This document shows, in pieces, positions 8,678-16,577 of a stretch of DNA of 20,000 bases. The notes under the pieces were generated by a model that was given only the letters and a program-made list of their open reading frames with translations, searched no databases and had not been told where the DNA came from. Source of the stretch: an uncultured virus (IMG/VR IMGVR_UViG_3300009838_000017). Lineage: Duplodnaviria > Heunggongvirae > Uroviricota > Caudoviricetes. Every line of letters begins with the position of its first letter. Position 1 is the stretch's first letter. Made by a program: the position numbers and the translations under genes. The stretch lies in IMG/VR virus record IMGVR_UViG_3300009838_000017, positions 109,163 through 129,162 of that record; one strand, given 5' to 3'.

Positions 8678-10240
8678 TCAGGCGGCGAAGTGAGAGTGAA
8701 CTTTGTCTGCCATGCTGGCGAGCTTCGTGAGGTCGGATCGGAGGCTCGGGTTCTTGAGGTCCGACGCCTCAACCAGCTTTGCCAGCTTGATCGAGATGGT
8801 GTTCAAGTCCTTCTTGGCAACTTGAGTTCCGGGCAGTCCACTTGCCTCGACCACCTTCAGAGCACTCTCGACCTTCGCCATGACCGAGTGTGCTAGAGCT
8901 TCGTTGATCACCAGAACTTCTTCAGAAGAGATTCGGAGGGAGGCTTCCTTGTCCTGCCCTTGCTGGTCTTGCTGTTGGTCCTGAGCCTGCTTGGCCTGCT
9001 CTTCAGGGGCCTCCTGCTCGTCTTGACCTTGCTGGTCCTGTCCCTGAGAAGCGACCTTCTTGAAGTCTGTGAGGATCAGGCTTGCCCCGTCCTCATCAGA
9101 CTTCACCCAGGTCTCACCATCCTTCTTGGCGTCATTGAGCTTCTTGTACTCCTTCTTGTACTTGAACTCACCCTTCTCAGTAGTGAGTTTCAGCACGTAC
9201 AGAGGAATCCCAGGACCCTTGATCTCTGTGATGGTGACCTTCTTGATGAAGTCGCCCTCGCCATTAGCTGTCCAGGACCCATCCCCCTCATTCCACTTGA
9301 CGGAGGCTGTAACTGACCAATCCTGTTCAGCAGCGACCTTGAGGCTGTCGTACTCCCCATCCTCGATGAGCTTCTTCTGGTCGTTGGCGATCTCTTTCGC
9401 CAACTCCTCACGAAGTTGCTTCGGGAACATGGTCTTCACGTCCCCACCGAACTCACGGACGTACATCTTGGCGCCTTCGTCAACCCAGTACATCCACAAC
9501 TTGGGGGCGAGAGAGTGGTTGTACTTGCCACCCTTCATCTTCCGCATGATGTTCTTGATGATGTCCTGCTTCTGACGATAGAGCCTCGACTCGTTCTCCA
9601 TGTAGAGTTCGAGTTCCCGCTTGGCATCCTCGTCCACAGCAGCAGTCTTGCCTGTCACCACCTCACAGAGGCTTGCAGTGAGGCCACGAAGGGTCTCAAC
9701 CGAGCCCTTGGGGGCAGAGCCAGCCTTGTTGATGGCATCAATCGTGGACTCGATGGCTGACAGCTTAGCGCTGAGCCCTTCGGCCTCCGTTTGAGTCACC
9801 AGGCCCAGAAGTGCCGCCACGACCCTGTGAAGGCCAGCGGACTTCTCCTGTTGCTCTTGTCCCTGCCCAGCTTCTTGCTGAAGCGCAGCGACATGCCTCT
9901 CGATTTCGTCGATGTGGGTGTGGATAGCTTGGACTGGGTTCATGCTTGCGCCTCTGAAGTGTAGACGAGAATCAGCAGGGATAAACGGATCACCATGCCC
10001 CGCCCATCGTGCCCTGCGAGGACGCAAAAGCCCCTCCAGAGCTTGCAGGTCAACCTTGATGGTGGTCGAACCTTTGCTTAGGAATCCGTCGAGTGCTTTT
10101 CGACAGTCAGTCGAGCTGGAGACAAGAGAGGTCACCAACTTCAGGACCGAAACAGACCCGAGATTGAGCTGCCTTCCGTCTGGGAGGTCAACGTAGTCCC
10201 GGAACCCGTCGGTAGCGACTGTGATGAGTGAGGGTGCCAT
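8678..10240 (-). CDS. Modular hypothetical protein, possibly a processed virion-internal protein
   Basis: 520 aa with helical segments, Gln/Glu-rich linkers and two compact modules (RELELYMENESRLYRQ...KLWMYWVDEGAKMYVREFG, and a beta-rich WNEGDGSWTA...KEYKKLNDAKKDGETW) bounded by K-x-A motifs. Possible second start at 9943. Confidence 0.8.
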   Translation of the reverse strand: MAPSLITVATDGFRDYVDLPDGRQLNLGSVSVLKLVTSLVSSSTDCRKALDGFLSKGSTTIKVDLQALEGLLRPRRARWAGHGDPFIPADSRLHFRGASMNPVQAIHTHIDEIERHVAALQQEAGQGQEQQEKSAGLHRVVAALLGLVTQTEAEGLSAKLSAIESTIDAINKAGSAPKGSVETLRGLTASLCEVVTGKTAAVDEDAKRELELYMENESRLYRQKQDIIKNIMRKMKGGKYNHSLAPKLWMYWVDEGAKMYVREFGGDVKTMFPKQLREELAKEIANDQKKLIEDGEYDSLKVAAEQDWSVTASVKWNEGDGSWTANGEGDFIKKVTITEIKGPGIPLYVLKLTTEKGEFKYKKEYKKLNDAKKDGETWVKSDEDGASLILTDFKKVASQGQDQQGQDEQEAPEEQAKQAQDQQQDQQGQDKEASLRISSEEVLVINEALAHSVMAKVESALKVVEASGLPGTQVAKKDLNTISIKLAKLVEASDLKNPSLRSDLTKLASMADKVHSHFAA

Positions 10241-10269
10241 CTCCTAGAGCAGAAGACGGACAACAAGAT

Positions 10270-10476
10270 TCACCACCCCGGATCCTCATCCGAGGTCCAC
10301 TCGTTGGGATCCGGGGGAGGACAAGGGATAGTGTCCCTGGCGAAACCTGGAACTAGCGGGGGAGGGGGTAAAGCATCGACCTCACTCAGAAGGTCCAACC
10401 CGTCCTCGGTAAGAGGGTAAAGTCTCTCAACTACACGACTTTCTCGTGTCTCTTGGTCGATAGTCACTGGCAACAC
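10270..10476 (-). CDS. Small acidic Pro-rich hypothetical protein
   Basis: 68 aa with a GTG start preceded by AGGGGG. It fills the gap between two co-oriented genes. Confidence 0.5.
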   Translation of the reverse strand: MLPVTIDQETRESRVVERLYPLTEDGLDLLSEVDALPPPPLVPGFARDTIPCPPPDPNEWTSDEDPGW

Positions 10477-10496
10477 GATAACCCCCTGGGTTGCCC

Positions 10497-11348
10497 TTAC
10501 ATTCTCAAAAATACTTCCAGCAGGTGGGAGGGGAGGATCCGTGAGCCCACAGGTGGTGAACGTAGATAGGACCCATCACAGGTCCACTCGGGTTGACCCC
10601 CAGAAAGACCCTCCAAGTCATTTAGGAACACCACAGCATTGCCCATCCCAGGCCATGCTCGCTCGTGCTTCCTGGAGGCAAGAACAACTCGAAGACCCTC
10701 AAGATCAGGTCCCAGAAGGACCCCTCGTAGGTGCCCGGATCTGTACAGTACCTCCCAGGCTTCAACGGAGGGGGACATGGTTTCAGCAAGAACGAAGCTG
10801 TTAGACCCAATGTCCACTACTCGAACCTCAGGCAGAGGAGTCCCCAGGTTGGGGAGGTTCCCTTCCAGAAGGAACTCTCGAACCCATTGAGCACCCATTC
10901 CGATCCTCTCTCCACGCTCCCTCTTGGTCAGGTTGGAGGGGAAGAACTTGTCGAAGGTCCGGAGGAACCCAGCAAGGGCCGGTTCGATATGGGCAAGGAG
11001 TGGAGGCCCCCAACGATGGTAGAGGTCTACCCCGGCCACCAACCCTGTAGCGGCTGGGACAAGGGCAAGCTCCCGGTGCAGGAAGAGAGCTATCGCCAGG
11101 AGGGTGTCAGGCCCACGAACCTCTTTGGTGGCAAAGACGAGGGGTAGGGGTGTTCCCAGGAGAAGGTCCTCGTAGAACCGAGTGAGGGCTCCAGGGTCCT
11201 CAGGTCGGAACCCAGCACCATGGTGCTCGTAGACCCCAGGACCCAACTGCTCCCGAGTAGCTCCGGTCTCAAAGCACAGGGCTCCACTCACAATCGAGGG
11301 GAGCCCTGGGTCAACGAGAACTTGGAACTGAAGCTCCGACACCTGCAT
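10497..11348 (-). CDS. Degenerate DHH/Myg1-like phosphoesterase-fold protein
   Basis: 283 aa. YEHHG (DHH-like), GPDTLLAIALFL (DxD-helix-like), VDLYHRWG, and C-terminal LNDLE...W...RSPPVGSRILP recall a DHH-type family, but several acidic residues are replaced. Family assignment is from memory. Confidence 0.45.
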   Translation of the reverse strand: MQVSELQFQVLVDPGLPSIVSGALCFETGATREQLGPGVYEHHGAGFRPEDPGALTRFYEDLLLGTPLPLVFATKEVRGPDTLLAIALFLHRELALVPAATGLVAGVDLYHRWGPPLLAHIEPALAGFLRTFDKFFPSNLTKRERGERIGMGAQWVREFLLEGNLPNLGTPLPEVRVVDIGSNSFVLAETMSPSVEAWEVLYRSGHLRGVLLGPDLEGLRVVLASRKHERAWPGMGNAVVFLNDLEGLSGGQPEWTCDGSYLRSPPVGSRILPSHLLEVFLRM

Positions 11349-11370
11349 GGTCGGAGTCTACACCGACCGG

Positions 11371-14300
11371 CTACCGAGCGTAGTCGTACTCACAGGGGCA
11401 GGTCACCCCATCCTCGGATGCCTTGTCTCCACAACCGCCCTTGCAGCCGCCTTCACACTCGCCACCATCCTTGCAGCCGCCTTCGCAGTCACCCCCACAA
11501 GGTCCGGAGGTACCAATCGTCGGGTCCGTCAGAAGGTCCGACTCCACCAGGTCATCGAAGGCCGAAGGCTCCATACCATGGCTGAAGGCCAGGAAGGCCC
11601 TCTGGAAAAGACCTGACCTGATCGTGCTTGCGGTCCTGTCGTTTGGTCCTGCTTGGTCCTGACTTGGGTCAGCAAAGACAAGCTGCTCATCGTTCGGGGC
11701 GTCCCCTCGCTCTGCTTCAGCCTGGGCCTTCTCACCCACCACTGGAATACACGCCTCAGCGATGAACCGGGACATAGGGGCAGGCTTCCCGAGGTAGTTC
11801 TTCTGGGGGGCCATGACCGTCACCGATTGTTCGCCTCGGGTGATGGCGACATAGGCTAGACGACGCTCTTCATCGAAAGCGGTCTCGTCCCCTGCTGCTT
11901 CCTTCTCGTCACTCCGGAAGTTGGGGAAGACCCCTCCCGCCATGCACACATAGCAGTGCTTAGCCTGGAGGCCCTTCCACCCGTGGACGGTGCCAACCAG
12001 AACAGCAGGCTCCTTCCAGTCTTCCTTGTCCTCTGGGTTCTTCTTCTGGGCCTTCTCGTTGGCCGCCTTCATCTTAGCGATGAACCCAAGGAGATTCTCT
12101 GGGTCCTTGAAGTTCTCAGCCATGATCATGAGAGGGCGAAGAGGTGCCATAGCCGCATTCCGGATGGCCTCCTCACCGGCTTCAGCACCGTCCTCCTCGA
12201 TCACGTCATCCTCATCCACCAACTTCATCAGGGCGTCCTCGAAGGTTCCCTTCTGACCCTTGATGTTCAGGATGGCCCGGATGAGAGAGGGGGAGTCCAT
12301 GCCCCCAACAGCGGAAACAGTCCGGATAGCGTTGGCATACTCAGCCACACGCTTGTTCATCCAGTCAGCCTTCCCGAAGTACACTGGGTTCCCACCTAGA
12401 ATGTAGTCGAGGTAGCTCTGACCCCGAGCACTTCGAGAGAGGCCCGCACCGAACTGCTTGTCCAGCCCGAAGCCAGGGGTCATGTGGGCATCAAGAACGG
12501 CTTCGTTGACGGCTTCGTTGCTCCCGCCAACCACCAACCGCATCCAGGCAGTCAGAGCCCGGACCAGTGGCTTTCCAAAGTACCCACCATCACCACGCTT
12601 GAGAAGGCGGTAGGGGATGCCCCGAACCAAGAGGGCCAGGGTGTAGGCGTCGTGCTCGGCATTGTTCCGGACCAGGATCCCGAAGTCCTTGGGGGAGTCC
12701 CCGGCATCACACGAGTCCTTGATCTCCTGAGCTACCTGGTCGGCTGCATCCTCATGGTCGGCTGCATCCCGAGTCCGGATAGCCCCCATGCCCTTGCGCT
12801 CCACGTCAGCGTCACAAGTCATCGGGATCTGACGATCCGCATTGTGGGCGATGAGCTTGTTGGCAGCATCGACGATGGCCTTCCCAGAGCGGAAGTTCAT
12901 CGTCATGAGCTTGGTCTGGAAGCCCTCCTGCTTGGACAAATCCACGTAGTTCTTGGGCTTTGCGCCACGGAAGGCGTAGATGCTCTGCTTGTCATCCCCA
13001 ATGAAGCCGAGAAGGTCTGCCTTCTCCCCAAGGATCTGGAACATCTCGAACTGGATCTGGTTGAGATCCTGAGCCTCATCAACCAGAACTGCCTTGAAAC
13101 GACGCTGTTCGGCTGCCCGAGCTGCCGGGTCGTTCTTCAGGATGTCCAGAGCCACAACGAGCTGATCGGTGAAATCCATAGCCGGGGCCATCACCGGGTC
13201 GTTCTGCTTGAGCCATTCGTAGGCCCCATAGAGAGCCGCCAGAGGATGGTCATCACCCATCTCTGCCCGGACCTGCTCTACCGTCTGACCCGCATTCTTG
13301 AAGTTCTCGACGGCCAGCTTGGCCCTCTTCTCCCCCATCGGCTTCTGGTCATCACCCACGATGGGCTTGCCAATGTTGAACCACTGACCACAGGGAGTGG
13401 TCCAGTAGGGACTGATCCGGTCGTCACTAGGGGCATCCGAGTCAGCGGCAACAACCGGAACCCCTGGGAGGGGGAGCTGAGCTTGGGACATAGCTGCCCG
13501 AACTGCGTTGACAGCCGGTACCTCTTCCTCAGCATACCGACGGCGGTACCCTCCACCCCCGTAGCCACCACCTCCACGACCCTCGAACTTGGGGATGACG
13601 GCCATCTGCTTTTCAGAGAGGGTCCGACCCCTTGCGAGCTGGTCATGGAAGGAGCGTAGGATCTCAATCGAACGCCACCCAGGGATGGCTTCGATCCGAG
13701 CCATCGTATCCTTGTTCTGCTCCAGAGCCTTCTCATGAGCCTTGGGGTCCAGAGGGACCTGCTTCATGGCAATCTTGAAGAGCTTGTCCGCTGCCTTGGT
13801 GTTCTTGACTGCCTGAGCCAGGCCAGGTCGGTTCTTCGTGATGATCTCACGAGCCATCGAGTGGGTGGTGCCAATCCTGGCCCCATGGATCCCTGCCCTC
13901 TCGGTCACACGAGCCTCAAGCTCAGTGGAGGCAGCCACCGTGAAGGAGCAAGCCATGATCTGGCTCGGCATGTAGCCCTTCTCCTCAACGAGGTGGGCGA
14001 TGGTGGCAACAAGGGTCTGGGTCTTGCCCGAACCTGCTCCAGCAGCGATGACCACCTTCCCCATCGAGCGCATCACGTCTTCCTGCTCGGGAGTCAGGCC
14101 AAACTTCTGAGCCGTCCTGGAAGGTGCCGCAAACTTGCTAGCTGCTGCTGACCCAACAATCTGAGGGTCGTCAGACTCCTCGACTGCCTCATTGAGGTCA
14201 GCAGCCAGGTCGAGCTTCCTGTCTTCCAGGGCTGCCCGAGTCGGGGAACCCACCGGCTCCACATTGATCTTCCGGTCAGCTTCCTTCATCTCCTCAGCAA

Positions 14301-14886
14301 TCGCCTGAGCACCCTCGACCTGGGCAGAGATGGCTTCGACCGTCGGGGCTGGGGCTCCCAAGAGTTCTGCACCCTTGCGGACCCACTTGAACATCGAGGA
14401 AAGACCTGAGCTGGTCGGAACAACCGCCAGCTTTTGCATCCTGGTTTCGAGATCCGGCTCCTCACAGGCAGCCGCTACCTTGGCAGCATTGGCATAGGTC
14501 CGGCCGGGGAACACGTCCCGCATGAGGGTGGTCCGGCGCTTGATCCAGACCATGAACTCCTCGATGAACCGAGCCTTCTTGCTCGGGTCCACCTGCTCCA
14601 TGAGTCGGTACTTCGCACTGACCGTTCCCGCATCAGGACGCTCCATCAGTGAGTCGAGGTGCTTCTTGGCAGCCTCTTCAATGGAACTACGGTGCATCCT
14701 GTAGAGAGCCAGGCCCTTGTCGAGGAACTGCTGGTCGTCCCCACCGATGGTGTAGGCGTCGATTGCCAGCACCAGGACCATGAGGTCCAGCAGACGGCCT
14801 GGAGCGGTCTCCCGGTCGTCATTCTTGGGGGTACCGTCTGCCGCTGCAACGAGGAGCCGTTCGTCGATCTTCAAGGCCATGTCCAT
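11371..14886 (-). CDS. UvrD/PcrA/Rep-family SF1A DNA helicase with N-terminal extension, internal insertion and Cys-rich tail
   Basis: All SF1A motifs are visible: LTPEQ, AGAGSGKT, SFTVAASTELEARV, GTTHSMA, DFTDQL, VLVDEAQD, IGDDKQSIYAFRGA, NFRS, ILVRNNAE, TVHGWKGLQ, EERRLAYVAITRG. The true start may be the second Met (14880), which gives GGAG a 6-nt spacing. Confidence 0.93.
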   Translation of the reverse strand: MDMALKIDERLLVAAADGTPKNDDRETAPGRLLDLMVLVLAIDAYTIGGDDQQFLDKGLALYRMHRSSIEEAAKKHLDSLMERPDAGTVSAKYRLMEQVDPSKKARFIEEFMVWIKRRTTLMRDVFPGRTYANAAKVAAACEEPDLETRMQKLAVVPTSSGLSSMFKWVRKGAELLGAPAPTVEAISAQVEGAQAIAEEMKEADRKINVEPVGSPTRAALEDRKLDLAADLNEAVEESDDPQIVGSAAASKFAAPSRTAQKFGLTPEQEDVMRSMGKVVIAAGAGSGKTQTLVATIAHLVEEKGYMPSQIMACSFTVAASTELEARVTERAGIHGARIGTTHSMAREIITKNRPGLAQAVKNTKAADKLFKIAMKQVPLDPKAHEKALEQNKDTMARIEAIPGWRSIEILRSFHDQLARGRTLSEKQMAVIPKFEGRGGGGYGGGGYRRRYAEEEVPAVNAVRAAMSQAQLPLPGVPVVAADSDAPSDDRISPYWTTPCGQWFNIGKPIVGDDQKPMGEKRAKLAVENFKNAGQTVEQVRAEMGDDHPLAALYGAYEWLKQNDPVMAPAMDFTDQLVVALDILKNDPAARAAEQRRFKAVLVDEAQDLNQIQFEMFQILGEKADLLGFIGDDKQSIYAFRGAKPKNYVDLSKQEGFQTKLMTMNFRSGKAIVDAANKLIAHNADRQIPMTCDADVERKGMGAIRTRDAADHEDAADQVAQEIKDSCDAGDSPKDFGILVRNNAEHDAYTLALLVRGIPYRLLKRGDGGYFGKPLVRALTAWMRLVVGGSNEAVNEAVLDAHMTPGFGLDKQFGAGLSRSARGQSYLDYILGGNPVYFGKADWMNKRVAEYANAIRTVSAVGGMDSPSLIRAILNIKGQKGTFEDALMKLVDEDDVIEEDGAEAGEEAIRNAAMAPLRPLMIMAENFKDPENLLGFIAKMKAANEKAQKKNPEDKEDWKEPAVLVGTVHGWKGLQAKHCYVCMAGGVFPNFRSDEKEAAGDETAFDEERRLAYVAITRGEQSVTVMAPQKNYLGKPAPMSRFIAEACIPVVGEKAQAEAERGDAPNDEQLVFADPSQDQAGPNDRTASTIRSGLFQRAFLAFSHGMEPSAFDDLVESDLLTDPTIGTSGPCGGDCEGGCKDGGECEGGCKGGCGDKASEDGVTCPCEYDYAR
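11439..11484. repeat. 16-nt direct repeat (30-nt period) encoding CEGGCK twice
   Basis: ccttgcagccgccttc at 11439-11454 and 11469-11484, within the helicase C-terminal tail. Confidence 0.8.
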
Positions 14887-14902
14887 CTCCAGGTATCTTC
14901 AG

Positions 14903-14927
14903 TGGGGGCTCATAGAAAGAACCCCCA
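14903..14927 (-). promoter_or_regulatory. Hairpin overlapping a promoter-like motif upstream of the helicase
   Basis: Minus strand TGGGGGTTC-TTTCTAT-GAGCCCCCA forms a 9-bp stem with one G-U pair. It contains TCTTTCTATG, similar to motifs upstream of other genes. Confidence 0.4.
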
Positions 14928-14942
14928 ACCAAAGAGCATCAA

Positions 14943-15284
14943 TCATGCTGCATCCATCTTGCGTTCCCAGGCGACCTCTTCTGCCGCCCCGTAAGACGAA
15001 TATGCCGGTGAACCGTACACCGGGTAGTGCGGGGTCCACTTGGAGGAGCCCACAGGTGAACAACCGAGGACCAGGTGACGAGCCACCTTCTTCTCATGAA
15101 CCTCAACGTCCTTCCTGTTGAAAGACGAGAAGTTCGAGCGGTATCGGTCCCCGAAGCTGTTCGTCAGGGTCACGTAGAAGCACTCCCGGATGACTTCCTC
15201 GCCGTCCTCATTGTAGCCCGTGGACACGAGGTCCGAGGTCAGGTCAACTTCCCAGTCCGTCTTGGAGTAGTTCGAGGTCGTCAT
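14943..15284 (-). CDS. Phage hypothetical protein
   Basis: 113 aa from the ATG at 15284 (the track extends to a TTG at 15317). The pattern GYNEDGEEVIRECFYV...GDRYR...W...PVYGSPAY resembles small proteins I recall from other phages. Function unknown. Confidence 0.7.
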   Translation of the reverse strand: MTTSNYSKTDWEVDLTSDLVSTGYNEDGEEVIRECFYVTLTNSFGDRYRSNFSSFNRKDVEVHEKKVARHLVLGCSPVGSSKWTPHYPVYGSPAYSSYGAAEEVAWERKMDAA

Positions 15285-15325
15285 AGCTCTACAACGGACC
15301 AGGGGAGGTTCTTTCAACCAAGAGG

Positions 15326-16549
15326 TTACTTTTTCTTGAGAGTCTTGCCGTTGTACTCGATCAGCCCTTGCTTCTTCAGGGCTTCAGCAGCCGACTGGAT
15401 GGCCGAAAAGTGAACCCCTCGAAAGGACGGGTGTCGGGTCATGTCGGTGAGCTGTACCTCATCTCCGCTCTTGAGGTACTCCATGATGGCTACCTGGGCC
15501 TTACCTCTTGGGGCGGCCTCCTTGTATCTGGCTGCCACACGAAGGGCAATCACGTCGTCCTGGCTTGCGTGCTTGACTGGGTTTCGGATTGCCACCTCGG
15601 CAAGGTCGAAGCTGTCCGGGATGTCCCAGCTCTGCCAGTTGGGCGAGATGTCGAAGTCCCTGGGGTTCACCTTCCGGTCCTTCAGGATGTCGAGCACCTC
15701 GGTCACAGCCTCCTCGACCTTCTTCAGTACCTTCTGAAGGTCACTCGGGTCGAAGGATGAGAGGTCCCGTATGTAGGACTCCAACCAAGAATGGGCATTC
15801 AGGTAGCGATCACAGACCTTATCCGGGATGGAGATGGCATCTTCATAGGTCGGACCAAGGCCCGTCATCAGAAGGCCATTCAGTTGCCTCGACTTGGCGA
15901 AGAGGTCTTCCATCATCTTCTGGATAGCCACGCCACTCTCGTACCGGTCCTCAAGCTGGGAGAGCATGATCTCCCCAGGGTTGGAGAGCCCACGGTACTT
16001 ACTGGCAATCCGAAGGGTGATCCCGTTCATCTCCTTAATGACCCCCAGGACACTCTTCAGGGCCTTCTCGTCATCCTTGGAGGCGGGCTTCTTGAGTCCC
16101 TTCTCAGCATGGTCATGAACCAAGTCCAGGACCTCTGCGAAGTCATCCATAAGGAAAACCCGGAAGGGCTCCCGAATCCGGAAGGAAAACACGTACAGAG
16201 AGTGGTTTGCCATAGCCTGAACGGCCTGCTTCTTGGCCCGGTCGATGGTAGCGAGGTCCCTCAGAAGGGCTTCACGCCTCTTCTTCTCCTCCTCGTTCTG
16301 CTGCCGGACGAAGTCACCACGAGACTTCCCGTCCAAGACTTCCTTGGCAACATTGACCTCCACCATCTTCCTTGGGTCCCCACCCCGATCAGGGTGGTTC
16401 TCCAGGGCCTTGCGCTTGTACGCCCTGGCTACTTCCGAAGGGGAAGGGCTTGACCCAGGTGGAAAGCCTAGGATTTCCTTGGCATCCTCCATTGACATAG
16501 AGAGGAGAAGCCTGGCGTGAAGCTCTCGGGCAGTCCGATTGGTGTACAT
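15326..16549 (-). CDS. J-domain (DnaJ-like, HPD) protein with helical middle region and C-terminal winged-helix-like module
   Basis: EDAKEILG...EVARAYKRKALENHPDRGGDPRKMVEVNVAKEVL is a J-domain with intact HPD. The start was moved to the ATG at 16549 (407 aa, GGAG 8 nt upstream, no overlap with the upstream gene). C-terminal AIMEYLKS...IQSAAEALKKQGLIEYNG looks like a wHTH. Confidence 0.85.
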   Translation of the reverse strand: MYTNRTARELHARLLLSMSMEDAKEILGFPPGSSPSPSEVARAYKRKALENHPDRGGDPRKMVEVNVAKEVLDGKSRGDFVRQQNEEEKKRREALLRDLATIDRAKKQAVQAMANHSLYVFSFRIREPFRVFLMDDFAEVLDLVHDHAEKGLKKPASKDDEKALKSVLGVIKEMNGITLRIASKYRGLSNPGEIMLSQLEDRYESGVAIQKMMEDLFAKSRQLNGLLMTGLGPTYEDAISIPDKVCDRYLNAHSWLESYIRDLSSFDPSDLQKVLKKVEEAVTEVLDILKDRKVNPRDFDISPNWQSWDIPDSFDLAEVAIRNPVKHASQDDVIALRVAARYKEAAPRGKAQVAIMEYLKSGDEVQLTDMTRHPSFRGVHFSAIQSAAEALKKQGLIEYNGKTLKKK

Positions 16550-16577
16550 GTCACTTGCTCCGCTGCATAGAAGGATT

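Noticed and set aside
13400..13760. Intein in the helicase
   Set aside because: No C/S-start block, no His-Asn followed by C/S/T, and no LAGLIDADG motif; the insert is short and low-complexity.
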